Assembly: GCA_041690395.1 (NCBI GenBank)
Contig: JAWLHJ010000003.1
Span: 192,001-256,000 of the forward strand
Origin: Longimicrobiales bacterium
Lineage (GTDB): Bacteria; Gemmatimonadota; Gemmatimonadetes; Longimicrobiales; Gaopeijiaceae
Length of the DNA stretch: 64,000 nucleotides
Direction: 5' to 3'
In this document: positions 18,619 through 28,456 of the stretch, piece by piece
How the letters are laid out: every line of letters begins with the position of its first letter
Numbering within the stretch: the first letter of the stretch is position 1
Translations under genes and position numbers: made by a program
Notes under the pieces: model-generated
The model's database searches: none
What the model saw: the letters and a program-made list of their open reading frames with translations, nothing else
Told to the model about the DNA's origin: nothing

Positions 18619-19335
18619 CTACACCCCAGCGTGCGGATGGAGCCGCCCGCCGTCGAGCTGGAGCACGCGGTCCGCTCTGCCGGCGAGATCGGCGTTATGG
18701 GTCACCACGACGAGCGAAAGGTTCCGTCGCTCGCGCAAGGCGAAAAGAAGGTCGTGCAGACGCTCGCTCGTGCGCTTGTCCAGATTGCCGGAGGGCTCGT
18801 CGGCGAGCAGGACCAGGGGCTCGTTGACCAGCGCACGCGCCACGGCTACCCGTTGCTGCTCGCCGCCCGAGAGCTGACGCGGCCGGTGCGTTTCGCGCTC
18901 ACCCAACCCGACCTCGTGGAGCAGCTCGCGCGCCCGGTCGCGAGCGGTGGCGTGCGCGCCGCCGCCCACGAGCGCGGGCATCATCACGTTCTCGAGCGCG
19001 GTGAACTCCCGGAGCAGGTGGTGGAACTGGAAGACGAAGCCGACGTGCCTGTTACGCACCGCGGCCAGCGCCTCGTCGGAGAGCTTGGAGACGTCCTGTC
19101 CGCCCAGGAGGACCCGGCCCGCCGTCGGCCGGTCGAGAGCGCCCAGAATGTGGAGGAAGGTCGACTTCCCCGCCCCGCTGGCGCCGGTGATCGCGATCGC
19201 CTCTCCCGATCCGACCGTGAGGTCGAGGCCGTCGAGGATCTCGAGTGGCGTCCCGTCGCCGCCGACGAAGACCTTCGTCACGTCGCTCGCTTCGAGCGGC
19301 GGCAGCGCGGACCCCGTCATGCGGACGTCACTCAT
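18619..19335 (-). CDS. lolD: Lipoprotein-releasing ABC transporter ATP-binding protein LolD
   Basis: GASGAGKST, GFVFQFHHLLREFTALENV, LSGGEQQRVAVARAL, LADEPSGNLD; follows the lolC/E gene. Confidence 0.92.
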   Translation of the reverse strand: MSDVRMTGSALPPLEASDVTKVFVGGDGTPLEILDGLDLTVGSGEAIAITGASGAGKSTFLHILGALDRPTAGRVLLGGQDVSKLSDEALAAVRNRHVGFVFQFHHLLREFTALENVMMPALVGGGAHATARDRARELLHEVGLGERETHRPRQLSGGEQQRVAVARALVNEPLVLLADEPSGNLDKRTSERLHDLLFALRERRNLSLVVVTHNADLAGRADRVLQLDGGRLHPHAGV

Positions 19336-20587
19336 GACGGATCGCCTCGACGGGCTCCAGCCGCGAAGCCTGCAGCGCCGGATAGATGGTCGCGAGGAAG
19401 GCGACCAGGATGCTCGCCCCCACGATGAGGACCACGTCGGTGGCCTGCAGGGACACCGGGAGATGGTCGATGAAGTACACGTCGGGGGGAATCTTGATGA
19501 TCTCGTAGCGGCCGAGCGCCCAGGCCGACACGACCCCGAGCACGGTTCCGAGGGTCGTTCCTACGATGCCGATCCACGCGCCCTGCATCATGAACACCCG
19601 GAGGATGCCCGAGCGGGTCATTCCCATCGCCTTCAGGATCCCGATCTCCCGGGTCCGGTCGGCCACGACCATGACCAACGTGCTGACGATGTTGAACGCC
19701 GCCACGAGCACCACCAGGAAGAGGATCAGCCCCATGGCGAGCTTCTCGAGGCGCAGCGCGCTGAACAGGGCGCGGTTCGTGGTCATCCACGACTCGACGT
19801 GATAAGGATAACCCAGCTCCTCCGAGAGATCCGCCGCCACTTCGCCCGCCCGCTCGGGATCGCGCGTGCGGACGCCGATCCCACCCGCGCTCCCCTCGGG
19901 CATGCCGAGGAGCTCGGCCGCGGCCTCGAAGGTGGTGTAGATGTTCCGGGTATCGTAATCCCACATCCCGGTAGTGAATGTCCCGGTCACCTCGAACTCG
20001 CGGATCGTCGGCGTCAGCCCCCCGAAGACGTCCTGCCGCAGATTCTCCAGGGCGACGATCACGAGCCGGTCGCCCTCGAACACCTGCATCTGGTCGGCGA
20101 GCCGACCGCCCATCAGGATCGGGGGTAGGCCGGACTCGGTGGTCGAGAGGTTCAGGGAGCCCTCCACGATGCGCCGCTCCATCTCGGTCGGAGGCGCCAC
20201 GCGCGTGGTGTCCATCGAGACGCCGTAGAGGAGGGCCGGCTGGGAGTAGGAGCCGTCCTCCGCACGGTGGACCACCGACACCTGGGACAGCGCGAACGGA
20301 GCGGCGCCGATCACGTCCGGGTGATCCGCCACCGACTCGAGCACGGTCGACCAGTCGTCGAGCCGGAGGGTCGTCCCCCGCTGGAGGACGATCGCGTGGG
20401 GACTCGACTCCAGAATCTTGTTGCGCAGGTCCTCCTGCATGCCGGTCATGACGGCAATGACGACCACGAGCGCCCACACGCCGACCGTGACGCCCCCCAG
20501 CGCGATCCAGGTGATCAGCGAGAGCAGCCCCCGGCCCCGGCCCGCGCGCAGATAGCGCCGCGCGATGTACCAGTGCAGGCCCGTCAT
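19328..20587 (-). CDS. lolE: Lipoprotein-releasing ABC transporter permease LolC/E
   Basis: IARRYLR, GVTVGVWALVVVIAVMTG, VAAFNIVSTLVMVV..RTREIGILKAMG, YFIDHLP, ATIYPA. Confidence 0.9.
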   Translation of the reverse strand: MTGLHWYIARRYLRAGRGRGLLSLITWIALGGVTVGVWALVVVIAVMTGMQEDLRNKILESSPHAIVLQRGTTLRLDDWSTVLESVADHPDVIGAAPFALSQVSVVHRAEDGSYSQPALLYGVSMDTTRVAPPTEMERRIVEGSLNLSTTESGLPPILMGGRLADQMQVFEGDRLVIVALENLRQDVFGGLTPTIREFEVTGTFTTGMWDYDTRNIYTTFEAAAELLGMPEGSAGGIGVRTRDPERAGEVAADLSEELGYPYHVESWMTTNRALFSALRLEKLAMGLILFLVVLVAAFNIVSTLVMVVADRTREIGILKAMGMTRSGILRVFMMQGAWIGIVGTTLGTVLGVVSAWALGRYEIIKIPPDVYFIDHLPVSLQATDVVLIVGASILVAFLATIYPALQASRLEPVEAIRHE

Positions 20588-20615
20588 GTCCGCCGCCCCT
20601 TCCCACCGCCGATCC

Positions 20616-22142
20616 TCAATCTTCGTTCCTGAGCGTCGGAAACAGGATGACGTCCCGAATCGACGCCTGGTCGGTCAGCATCATGACGAAGCGGTCCACG
20701 CCCATACCGACTCCGCCGGTCGGGGGCATCCCGTACTCGAGCGCGCGGATGAAGTCCTCGTCGACCTGCTGCGCCTCCTCGTCCCCGGCCGCCCGGAGCG
20801 CTGTCTGCGCTTCGAAGCGGGCGCGCTGGTCGATCGGGTCGTTGAGCTCGGAGAAGGCGTTGAAGATCTCGGCGCCGCCGATGTAGAGCTCGAAGCGCTC
20901 GGTGAGGCGCGGGTCGTCCCTGTGCACCTTGGCCAGCGGGCTGAGCTCGCGCGGATGATCCGTCACGAACGTGGGCTGGATGAGGCCCGGCTCCACGAGC
21001 TCGCCGAACAGCTTGTCGATCAGCTTGCCCCGCCCCGCCCCGTCGAGATCCGGAATCTTGAGCTCCTTGGCACGGGCTCGCAGATCTTCCTCGCTGAGGT
21101 CGTGGACGTTCGTCCCCAGGGCCTCGGACAGGCCGCCGATGAGGGGAAGTCGCCGAAACGGCGGTTTGAAATCGATCTCGTGCTCACCGAAGCGGACCGA
21201 GCGGCGGCCGAACACCGTGTCGAGCACGTGGAGCACCATGCGCTCCACTAGATCCATCTGGTCGTGGTAGTCGGTGAATGCCTGATACCACTCGAGCATG
21301 GTGAACTCGGGGTTGTGCACCCTCGAGAGCCCCTCGTTCCGGAAGTCCTTGCTGATCTCGTACACCCGGTCCAGCCCGCCCACGATCAGCCGCTTCAGAT
21401 AGAGCTCGTCGGCGATCCGGAGGTACATCTTCTGGTCGAGCGCATGGTGATGCGTGACGAACGGCTTGGCCGAGGCGCCACCGTAGAGCGGCTGCAGGAC
21501 GGGCGTCTCGACCTCGAGGAATCCCTCCCCGTCGAGGAAGCTCCGAAGCGCCGAGACGATGCGCGCTCGGACGCGGAACTGCTCCCGCACCTCCGGATGG
21601 ACGGCCAGGTCGGCGTATCGCTGCCGATACCGGGACTCCTGGTCCGCGAAGCCGGAGTGCGTGATGCGCTCGCCGGTCTCGGGATCGGTTTCGACCTTCC
21701 CGAACGGGAGGGGCCGGAGGGACTTGGTCAGGAGCGTCCAGCTGTCGGCGCGCACCGTGACCTCACCGGTCCTGGTGCGGAAGGTGCGCCCCTCGATGCC
21801 GACCCAGTCGCCGAGGTCCAGGAAGTCGAGCTGCTCGAACCGCTCGTCGCCGAGCACGTCCTTCCGCAGGTAGACCTGGATGCGGCCGCCGGCGTCCTCG
21901 ACGTGTGCGAACGCGCTCTTCCCGTGTCCACGCCAGCTCACGATCCGGCCCGCGACGCGAACGGATTGGCCGTCGCCGGATTCGTCGAGCTCACCACCCT
22001 TCTCCGCGGCCTCGAAAGCCTCGGCGGCCTGAGTGGACGTATGGGTGGCGTCGAAGGCGTACGCGAACGGCTCGATGCCCGCGGCTCGCAGCGCTTCGAG
22101 CTTCTCGCGCCGGACGCGCAGCACCTGGTTCAGATCTTCCAT
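20616..22142 (-). CDS. lysS: Lysine--tRNA ligase (class II)
   Basis: OB fold (VAGRI..RGHGK), RYRQRYADL, FLEVETPVL, YLRIADELYLKRL, FRNEG..HNPEFTMLE, GMPPTGGVGMGVDR. Confidence 0.97.
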   Translation of the reverse strand: MEDLNQVLRVRREKLEALRAAGIEPFAYAFDATHTSTQAAEAFEAAEKGGELDESGDGQSVRVAGRIVSWRGHGKSAFAHVEDAGGRIQVYLRKDVLGDERFEQLDFLDLGDWVGIEGRTFRTRTGEVTVRADSWTLLTKSLRPLPFGKVETDPETGERITHSGFADQESRYRQRYADLAVHPEVREQFRVRARIVSALRSFLDGEGFLEVETPVLQPLYGGASAKPFVTHHHALDQKMYLRIADELYLKRLIVGGLDRVYEISKDFRNEGLSRVHNPEFTMLEWYQAFTDYHDQMDLVERMVLHVLDTVFGRRSVRFGEHEIDFKPPFRRLPLIGGLSEALGTNVHDLSEEDLRARAKELKIPDLDGAGRGKLIDKLFGELVEPGLIQPTFVTDHPRELSPLAKVHRDDPRLTERFELYIGGAEIFNAFSELNDPIDQRARFEAQTALRAAGDEEAQQVDEDFIRALEYGMPPTGGVGMGVDRFVMMLTDQASIRDVILFPTLRNED

Positions 22143-22191
22143 GGACTCTGTCTTAGGGAGGACGAGGTGGCGCGAAGATCGCGCGCTCGAA

Positions 22192-23302
22192 TCAGGCCGC
22201 GGAGGCCGAGCCGATCATCTTGAGATACGCCTCGATGAACGGGTCCAGCTCTCCGTCCATGACGGAGTGGACGTCGCTGTCCTTCAGCTCGGTGCGGTGG
22301 TCGTTGACCATGGTGTACGGTTGGAAGACGTACGAGCGGATCTGGTTGCCCCACCCGATCTCGGTCTTCGTCGACTCGCGCTCGGCGCGCTCCCGCTCCT
22401 TCTCTTCGAGCGCACGCTGGTAGAGCGCCGCCTTCAGCATCTTCATGGCGGTCGCGCGGTTCTTGTGCTGTGAGCGCTCCTGCTGGCAGGACACCACAAT
22501 GCCCGTCGGCTCGTGCGTGATGCGCACGGCCGAATCGGTCTTGTTGATGTGCTGCCCACCGGCGCCCGAGGCCCGGTACGTGTCGACACGGAGATCACCC
22601 TCGTCGATCTCGATCTCGATGTCGTCGTCGACCGACGGATACACGAACACGCTGGCGAACGACGTATGCCGCCGGGCCTGAGCGTCGAACGGGGAGATGC
22701 GGACGAGGCGGTGCACGCCTCCCTCGGCCTTCAGGTAGCCATAGGCGCTGTCGCCGCGAATCTCGAGCGTGGCACTCTTGATACCCGCCTCCTCGGCCGG
22801 CTGGAGGTCCAGCACCTCGACCTCGTAGCCCTGTCGCTCCGCCCAGCGGGTGTACATCCGCAGGAGCATCTCGGCCCAGTCCTGCGACTCGAGCCCGCCC
22901 GCACCGGGGTGGACCGTGACGATCGCGTCGCGATGGTCGTCCTCGCCCTGGAGCATCGTCCGGACTTCGAGCGACTCCAGGCCCCGATCGACGGCGGCGA
23001 GACCCCGCTCGAACTCACCCTGGAGCTCCTCGTCGTTCTCCTCGGCCAACAACTCGGCGAGCGCGTCGAGCTCCTTCACCTTGGCGGAGAGGTCGTTCCA
23101 GGGATCGACCCAGCCCTTGATCTTGTTCGACTCGGCGATGGTGTCCCGGGCGGACTCGGGATTGTCCCAGAATCCCGGCTGCGCCATCTGTTCCTCGAGC
23201 GTGGTCAGGCGTCCTTCGCGTGAATCCAGGTCAAAGATACCCCCTGAGCTCCTGGACCTTCCGGCGTGCGGAAACCAGGCGCTGCATCTGCTCTTTGTTC
23301 AT
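22192..23302 (-). CDS. prfB: Peptide chain release factor 2 with programmed +1 frameshift at 23231-23236
   Basis: ORF1 from ATG 23302: MNKEQMQRLVSARRKVQELRGYL*, ending AGGGGG-TAT-CTT-TGA-C; the +1 frame continues DLDSREGRLTTLEEQMAQPGFW into a body with SPF and GGQ motifs. Confidence 0.96.
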
Positions 23303-23424
23303 GGTGCTACGGTCTCGTTGCTCGAGATGGTGCCGACCCTCGTCGACGGGCGAGGCGGCGGGACCCGAAAGCACGAAGGGCCGCCCCGAATCGGACGGCC
23401 CCTCGACGTGGTCCCGGGCGCGGA

Positions 23425-23453
23425 AATATACCGGCGGCCAGCAGGTGATTCAA
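23425..23453 (-). promoter_or_regulatory. Sigma70-type promoter upstream of prfB
   Basis: Minus strand TTGAAT-N17-TATATT. Confidence 0.65.
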
Positions 23454-23478
23454 CGTCCCGCGAGCTGTCGGCCCACGC

Positions 23479-24366
23479 TCAGAACACCGACTGGCCCTTG
23501 GCCAGGATGTCGTTGAGGGCCAGCCTCCAGAACTCGCGGCCCTCGCCGTCGGCGATCTCGCCGCCGACCTGGTCGACGAACTCCTTCCAGGACTTCTCGA
23601 TCTCCTCCTCGAAGTCCTCGGTCAGCGTGCCCCGCGCGAGCGCCTCCTGATGACGCTCGGCGTTGTACATGACCATGTCTGAGACGAGCACCCGCGCGAG
23701 ACGGCGGGCTTTGTCCATGGGGTCGCGCTTGCCGAACGTGAAGCCCTGTACCGGGGCATCCGCCTGCACCTCGGCGGCGGTCGGCTCCACGGGACCGGCG
23801 GGCTCGGGCTCGGCGAGCGGTTCCGGTTCGGGAAGCGGCTCGGTCAGCTCCGGCTCCGGCACGGACTCGGTCAGCTCCGGCTCGAACTCCGACAGAGCCT
23901 GCTCCGTGGCCTCGTCGGACGGAGGAGCCGGCTGCGGCTCCGCGGCCCAGGCCGCGACCGCGGGGTCGACGGCCGGCGCCTCCGGCTCCGGCTCGGGAAG
24001 CGGCTCCGCTTCCGCGGCCGGCTCGGCCCACTCCTCGGCTCCCCCGGCAGCCCAAGCGGGCATCTCGGAGCTGCCGTCGGGAACCTCCTCAGGGGCCGGC
24101 TCGCCCGCGGGCTCCTCGGCCGCCGAGACTTCCTCGAAAGCGTCGCGCTCGATCGTCAGCGAGTCGTCGCCCGACTCCGCGGACGGCGTGGTCGGGTCCG
24201 GGAGTTCGGGCACCCCGACGGGCGCCTGGGGCTCGGGCTCCGGACGCTCGACACGAAAGACGTGCGCGCACGCGCTGCAGCGAACTTTCACGCCGGTCTC
24301 GGGAATCTTCGCGGGATCCACCGGGAACGAGGTGGCGCAGGACGGACAGGAGACGGTGATGACCAT
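23479..24366 (-). CDS. Zinc-ribbon (MJ0042-type finger) protein with acidic Pro/Glu linker and helical C-terminal domain
   Basis: CPSC..KVRCSACAHVF at the N-terminus; long EPE-rich low-complexity middle; C-terminal KARRLARVLVSDMVMYN...LNDILAKG. Confidence 0.85.
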   Translation of the reverse strand: MVITVSCPSCATSFPVDPAKIPETGVKVRCSACAHVFRVERPEPEPQAPVGVPELPDPTTPSAESGDDSLTIERDAFEEVSAAEEPAGEPAPEEVPDGSSEMPAWAAGGAEEWAEPAAEAEPLPEPEPEAPAVDPAVAAWAAEPQPAPPSDEATEQALSEFEPELTESVPEPELTEPLPEPEPLAEPEPAGPVEPTAAEVQADAPVQGFTFGKRDPMDKARRLARVLVSDMVMYNAERHQEALARGTLTEDFEEEIEKSWKEFVDQVGGEIADGEGREFWRLALNDILAKGQSVF

Positions 24367-24384
24367 GATGTCTGGCTCGGGTTG

Positions 24385-25404
24385 CTATGGCTTGAACGGC
24401 TTCGCGTCCCGCAGGTCCGGGCCGCTCAGAGCGCTCGGATCCTCGGCGGAAGCCGTCCGAAGTGACGGCGACTGGTGCCGGCGGTCGACCACGTACTTCG
24501 ACCCCGGGAGGGACTTCGCGTAGGCCTTCATCTCGGCCGCGAGCTCGCTGATCTGCCCGGTGTGCTCGAACCGCTGGAACTGGTTCGTGACCACGCCGAT
24601 CGAAAGCGCCATCAAAGGTATCCGGTGGACATTGCCCCTGCGGTCCTTGCCGAGGAAGTATCCGGCCCTCCGGTCGTCCTCCGTGTACTGGTACGGGATC
24701 AACTCATCGAAGACGCGCACGATCTCGTCGCAGGTGGCCTCCAGGTGCTCGACCCGGAGGTTGAAGATGAAGTCGTCGCCGCCAATGTGCCCAACGAAGC
24801 CGCCGGGCGCGAGGCCTCGGACACAGTCGCGCAGCATCTTGGACAGCAGACGAATCACGCGGTCGCCGTTGGCGTAGCCGTACCGGTCGTTGAATTCCTT
24901 GAAGTGGTCGAGGTCCGCGTAGCACACCGCGAAGTCCTGATTCAGCTCCAGGCGGGCCTGCATGTCGCGCGCGATATGGTTGGTGCCGGGGAGGCGCGTG
25001 GTCGGGTGGACGGATACGTCCCGGTCGGCCCGGTGCAGGACCTGCTCGAGCCGGAGGCGCTTCTCCCGTCCCGGCAGACCGTGGCGAACCACCTCGTCCA
25101 CGCCGGCTTCGAGGAGATCGGAGGAGCGATCCTCGGCATCGGCGTCGAGCAGGACGATCACCGGCACGATCGCCGTGAACGGGTCTTCCTTGATGGCCTG
25201 CGCCAGGCCCACGACCTCGGGGCTCGCCCCGCCTTCTTCGAAGATCACGCAGCCCGGATACGTCCGGTTCAGCACCGCGCGCAGGTCGTCCGGCCGGTGG
25301 ACCCGCAGGATCTCCAGCCCGAAATCCCGGGCGAAGTCACGCACGAGCTCGGTCGGCTCGGCATGCTCGGGTCCGAAATGAAGGATCGTCTTGTCGGAAG
25401 CCAT
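24385..25404 (-). CDS. Diguanylate cyclase-family protein (receiver-like N-terminus plus GGDEF domain, GGDDF variant)
   Basis: PTTRLPG, YADLDHFKEFNDRYGYANGD, GHIGGDDF, LSIGVV; the N-terminal REC-like fold has VIFEE where LLD is expected. Confidence 0.88.
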   Translation of the reverse strand: MASDKTILHFGPEHAEPTELVRDFARDFGLEILRVHRPDDLRAVLNRTYPGCVIFEEGGASPEVVGLAQAIKEDPFTAIVPVIVLLDADAEDRSSDLLEAGVDEVVRHGLPGREKRLRLEQVLHRADRDVSVHPTTRLPGTNHIARDMQARLELNQDFAVCYADLDHFKEFNDRYGYANGDRVIRLLSKMLRDCVRGLAPGGFVGHIGGDDFIFNLRVEHLEATCDEIVRVFDELIPYQYTEDDRRAGYFLGKDRRGNVHRIPLMALSIGVVTNQFQRFEHTGQISELAAEMKAYAKSLPGSKYVVDRRHQSPSLRTASAEDPSALSGPDLRDAKPFKP

Positions 25405-25437
25405 GAAACCTCGGGTAGGGCCGGCGATCGGAGCACG

Positions 25438-25467
25438 AGGTTACCGCGCCCCGGAGCCCGGTGTCAA
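25438..25467 (-). promoter_or_regulatory. Sigma70-type promoter upstream of the GGDEF gene
   Basis: Minus strand TTGACA-N18-TAACCT; the -35 overlaps the rnr stop codon. Confidence 0.55.
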
Positions 25468-27590
25468 TCGCTCCGCGGGAGCGCCTTGACGGGAACGAAG
25501 TCGATATGACGCGCTTCCTTGTCCACGCGCGACACCTGCACCTCGAGTCGGTCGCCGATACGGTACCTGCGGCCCTTCTTCTCGCCCACGAGCGCGTACG
25601 CCTTCTCGTCGAAGCGATAGTAGTCGTCGGAGAGCCCGCTGACATGCACGAGACCGTCGACGAAGTACTCCTCCAACGTCACGAAAAATCCGAAGGCGGT
25701 GACCCCGGAGATGCGTCCCGCGAACGTCTCGCCCAGGTGCCGCTCCATGAACTCCACCTTCTTCATGGCGACCGAAGCGCGCTCGGCTTCCTCCGCCGCT
25801 CGCTCCCGAGCGCTCGAACGCTCCGCCGCCGCCTCCAGGCGATCCGCGTCCATGCCCGCGGACGGGCCGTCCAGGAACGTCTGGGCGACCGCGCGATGCA
25901 CGACGAGATCGGGATATCGTCGAATCGGCGAGGTGAAGTGCAGGTACGCCTCCGACGCCAAGCCGAAATGGCCGAGGTTCTCCGGATCGTAGCGGGCTTT
26001 GGTCAGGCTGCGCAGGACCGACATGGAGACGAGCGTCTCTTCGGGCCGTCCGCGCACCGCCTCCAGGAGGCGCTGGGCGTCCCGCGGACGCAGCTTCTTC
26101 CGCTTGGGCACGTTGAGCCCGAACCGCTCGAGGAGCTCGCTCAGCTCCTCGACCTTCTCACGGCTCGGCGGCTCGTGCACGCGGAAGAGAGCCGGCGCCG
26201 AGCGGACCTCCATGTCGGTGGCCACGACCTCGTTGGCCAGGATCATGAAGTCCTCCACCAGTCGATGGCTGGCGGTACGCTCGCGCATCTTGATGTCGGT
26301 CGGGACGCCATCGTCGTCGAGGATCACCTTGGCCTCGGGAAGGTCGAGGTCCAGGCTTCCCCGGTCCGAACGGCGCGCCCTGACCGCCCGGGCGTGATCA
26401 TCCAACAGGCGCAGCGCATCATCGACCTCCGGGTCGATCGAGGCTCCCCCGTCGAGCACGGCCTGCGCTTCCTCGTAGGAGAGACCGCTGCGGCAGCGGA
26501 TGGTCGTCCGCTCGTATCGCCGATCCTGGATCCCGCCATCGGGCGTGAGCGTGATGTAGACCGACATCGCGAAGCGGTCCACGCCCGGGTTGAGGGAACA
26601 GACGTCGTTCGAGAGCTGCGGAGGGAGCATCGGTACGGTGCGGTCGACGAGGTACACGCTCGTGGCCCGTTCGTAGGCCTCTGCGTCCACGGTCGAGTCG
26701 CGCCTGACGAAGTGCGCCACGTCGGCGATGTGCACGCCGACCTCGACCCATCCGCGGTCCGTGCGCGTGACCGACAGGGCGTCGTCGTGGTCCTTGGCGT
26801 CCGCCGGGTCGATCGTGAAGCAGAGCAGGTCGGTCCGGTCCACACGGCCCGGACCCGGATCGGCCAGGCCTTCGCGCGCGGCCGCCTCGGCGGCCTCGAG
26901 GACGGCCTTCGGGAAGTCCAGGCTCACGCCGAACCCGTGTGCCACCGCCAGCACGTCCACGCCGGGATCGGAGAGTGGACCCAACACCTCTTCCACCGCA
27001 CCGGTCGGCCCGACCCGCCCCTCGCCGTAGGTGAGGATGCGGACCACCACGACGTCGCCCTCCGCCGCGCGCGCGTCCTCGTCGGGCGCGATCACGATGT
27101 CCTTGTTCAACCTGATATCGAGCGGCGTCACGTACGTGAGCTTCTTCCCTCGATGCAGCGTGCCCACGACGGTCTCCCGCGCCCGCTCGAGCACGCGGAT
27201 CACCCGGCCCTCACGGTTCCGACCGCGCGGCTTACGCTCGATCCTGACGGCGACGCGGTCGCCGTCCATCGCGGTGTCGAGCCAGGATCCGGGAACGAAC
27301 ACGTCCTCACCGCCGTCGCCCGGACGCACGAAGCCGTCGCCCTTCCGGGTCAGTGACAGCGTGCCGGACACGACGTCGATGTGGGACGGAAGCGCGTACC
27401 GATTCCCGCGCGTGCGGATCACCTTCCCCGCTCGTTCGAGTCCCGCGAGCATGCGCTTGAAGCCACGGTAGTCGTGCGTCGGGACTCCGAGGCGCTTCGC
27501 GAGCTCCTTCGGCTTGGCCGGTCGCCCGAACCGCGACAGGGCATCGAGCACGTCGGGCTTCTCCCGCCCGTCCTTGTCTTTCTTGCTCAC
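25464..27590 (-). CDS. rnr: Ribonuclease R
   Basis: N-terminal HTH and cold-shock domains, FTIDPADAKDHDDALS, HIADVAHFV, LVEDFMILAN, HFTSPIRRYPDLVVHR, C-terminal S1. Confidence 0.95.
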   Translation of the reverse strand: MSKKDKDGREKPDVLDALSRFGRPAKPKELAKRLGVPTHDYRGFKRMLAGLERAGKVIRTRGNRYALPSHIDVVSGTLSLTRKGDGFVRPGDGGEDVFVPGSWLDTAMDGDRVAVRIERKPRGRNREGRVIRVLERARETVVGTLHRGKKLTYVTPLDIRLNKDIVIAPDEDARAAEGDVVVVRILTYGEGRVGPTGAVEEVLGPLSDPGVDVLAVAHGFGVSLDFPKAVLEAAEAAAREGLADPGPGRVDRTDLLCFTIDPADAKDHDDALSVTRTDRGWVEVGVHIADVAHFVRRDSTVDAEAYERATSVYLVDRTVPMLPPQLSNDVCSLNPGVDRFAMSVYITLTPDGGIQDRRYERTTIRCRSGLSYEEAQAVLDGGASIDPEVDDALRLLDDHARAVRARRSDRGSLDLDLPEAKVILDDDGVPTDIKMRERTASHRLVEDFMILANEVVATDMEVRSAPALFRVHEPPSREKVEELSELLERFGLNVPKRKKLRPRDAQRLLEAVRGRPEETLVSMSVLRSLTKARYDPENLGHFGLASEAYLHFTSPIRRYPDLVVHRAVAQTFLDGPSAGMDADRLEAAAERSSARERAAEEAERASVAMKKVEFMERHLGETFAGRISGVTAFGFFVTLEEYFVDGLVHVSGLSDDYYRFDEKAYALVGEKKGRRYRIGDRLEVQVSRVDKEARHIDFVPVKALPRSD

Positions 27591-27619
27591 GCTCGCCCTT
27601 TCCCTGTTGTGGTTGTCCC

Positions 27620-28456
27620 TCAGCGGAGGGGTGTCCAGCGGACGGTGAATCGCAGGCCGCCCGCGCCCATCTCCGGGGCGGGCGCGACCTCGACCGCGAG
27701 TCCTCTGGCGGCGACGTACGCGTCGACGGCCGATACCAGATGGTTCGCGATCACTGCGCCGAACACCACGGTGGCCTGCCGGAAACGCTCGTCACTCTCA
27801 CGGATGAGCCCGTCGTACTGCTCGAGTGCCTCGGCATCGCCGGACCAATCCCACCGGAAGGCGTCGCCGTAGGCGTTCGCCGAATAGTAGTCGACGGCGG
27901 CCTGGTACGCCGGATCGGACGGTCCCTGCCCCGACATCACCGAATAGATGCCTCGAGCACGCTGCCACACGGAGCCGTTGAAGGTCGTAGGGTCCGGTTC
28001 CGGCTGCAGCCCCGGAGCTCCCGGATCCGCATCGAACCGGCCCGATCGCCCCCAGGACGCCATACGCTCGTAGAACTCGAAGTCGCCGTCCACCCGGGGT
28101 CCGTCGCGGAGCCGGGCCACTTCCCAGGCCAGATCCCGGTAGCGGTCCCGGGACCGTCCGCCGGCGGCCCTCCGGTCGGCGTAAACGACCCACGCGAGGG
28201 CTTCGATCGCCAGATAGGCCCAGCCGCGGCGCTGGTCGAGAGCCAGCTGGCCAGCCCCGGGGACGAGCGCCGACAGGGCCGCGGGACCGAGTGGATTGCC
28301 GGACCCGAAGGCCGAAGGAGCGCCCTGCTCGAGCCCGCCATTGGAGATCGACTGCGCCGCGGTCGGCGCCGGCCCGCCTGCGACCTCCACGAACAGAACG
28401 AGCAGGACGAGCATCACCGTCGTGAGCGACGACCCGGCGACCGGGCGGTCCGTCAA
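27620..28456 (-). CDS. Hypothetical membrane/exported protein (SALVPGAGQL motif, DUF5683-like)
   Basis: Signal-like N-terminus, ALSALVPGAGQL, hydrophobic helices, NHLVSAVDAY; TTGA overlap with the upstream PorV-like stop. Confidence 0.7.
   Translation of the reverse strand: MTDRPVAGSSLTTVMLVLLVLFVEVAGGPAPTAAQSISNGGLEQGAPSAFGSGNPLGPAALSALVPGAGQLALDQRRGWAYLAIEALAWVVYADRRAAGGRSRDRYRDLAWEVARLRDGPRVDGDFEFYERMASWGRSGRFDADPGAPGLQPEPDPTTFNGSVWQRARGIYSVMSGQGPSDPAYQAAVDYYSANAYGDAFRWDWSGDAEALEQYDGLIRESDERFRQATVVFGAVIANHLVSAVDAYVAARGLAVEVAPAPEMGAGGLRFTVRWTPLR

Noticed and set aside
22192..23302. prfB as a pseudogene or sequencing error
   Set aside because: The break matches the canonical programmed frameshift signal CTT-TGA-C with an upstream SD.
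23790..24030. Tandem DNA repeats (ggctc/tcgg-rich)
   Set aside because: Explained by the EPE/EPELTE low-complexity protein linker; not an independent element.
1601..27356. Long plus-strand ORFs (e.g. 1601-3502, 5232-7904, 11756-14296, 25461-27356)
   Set aside because: Antisense shadows of well-supported minus-strand genes; expected in high-GC DNA, with no recognisable motifs.
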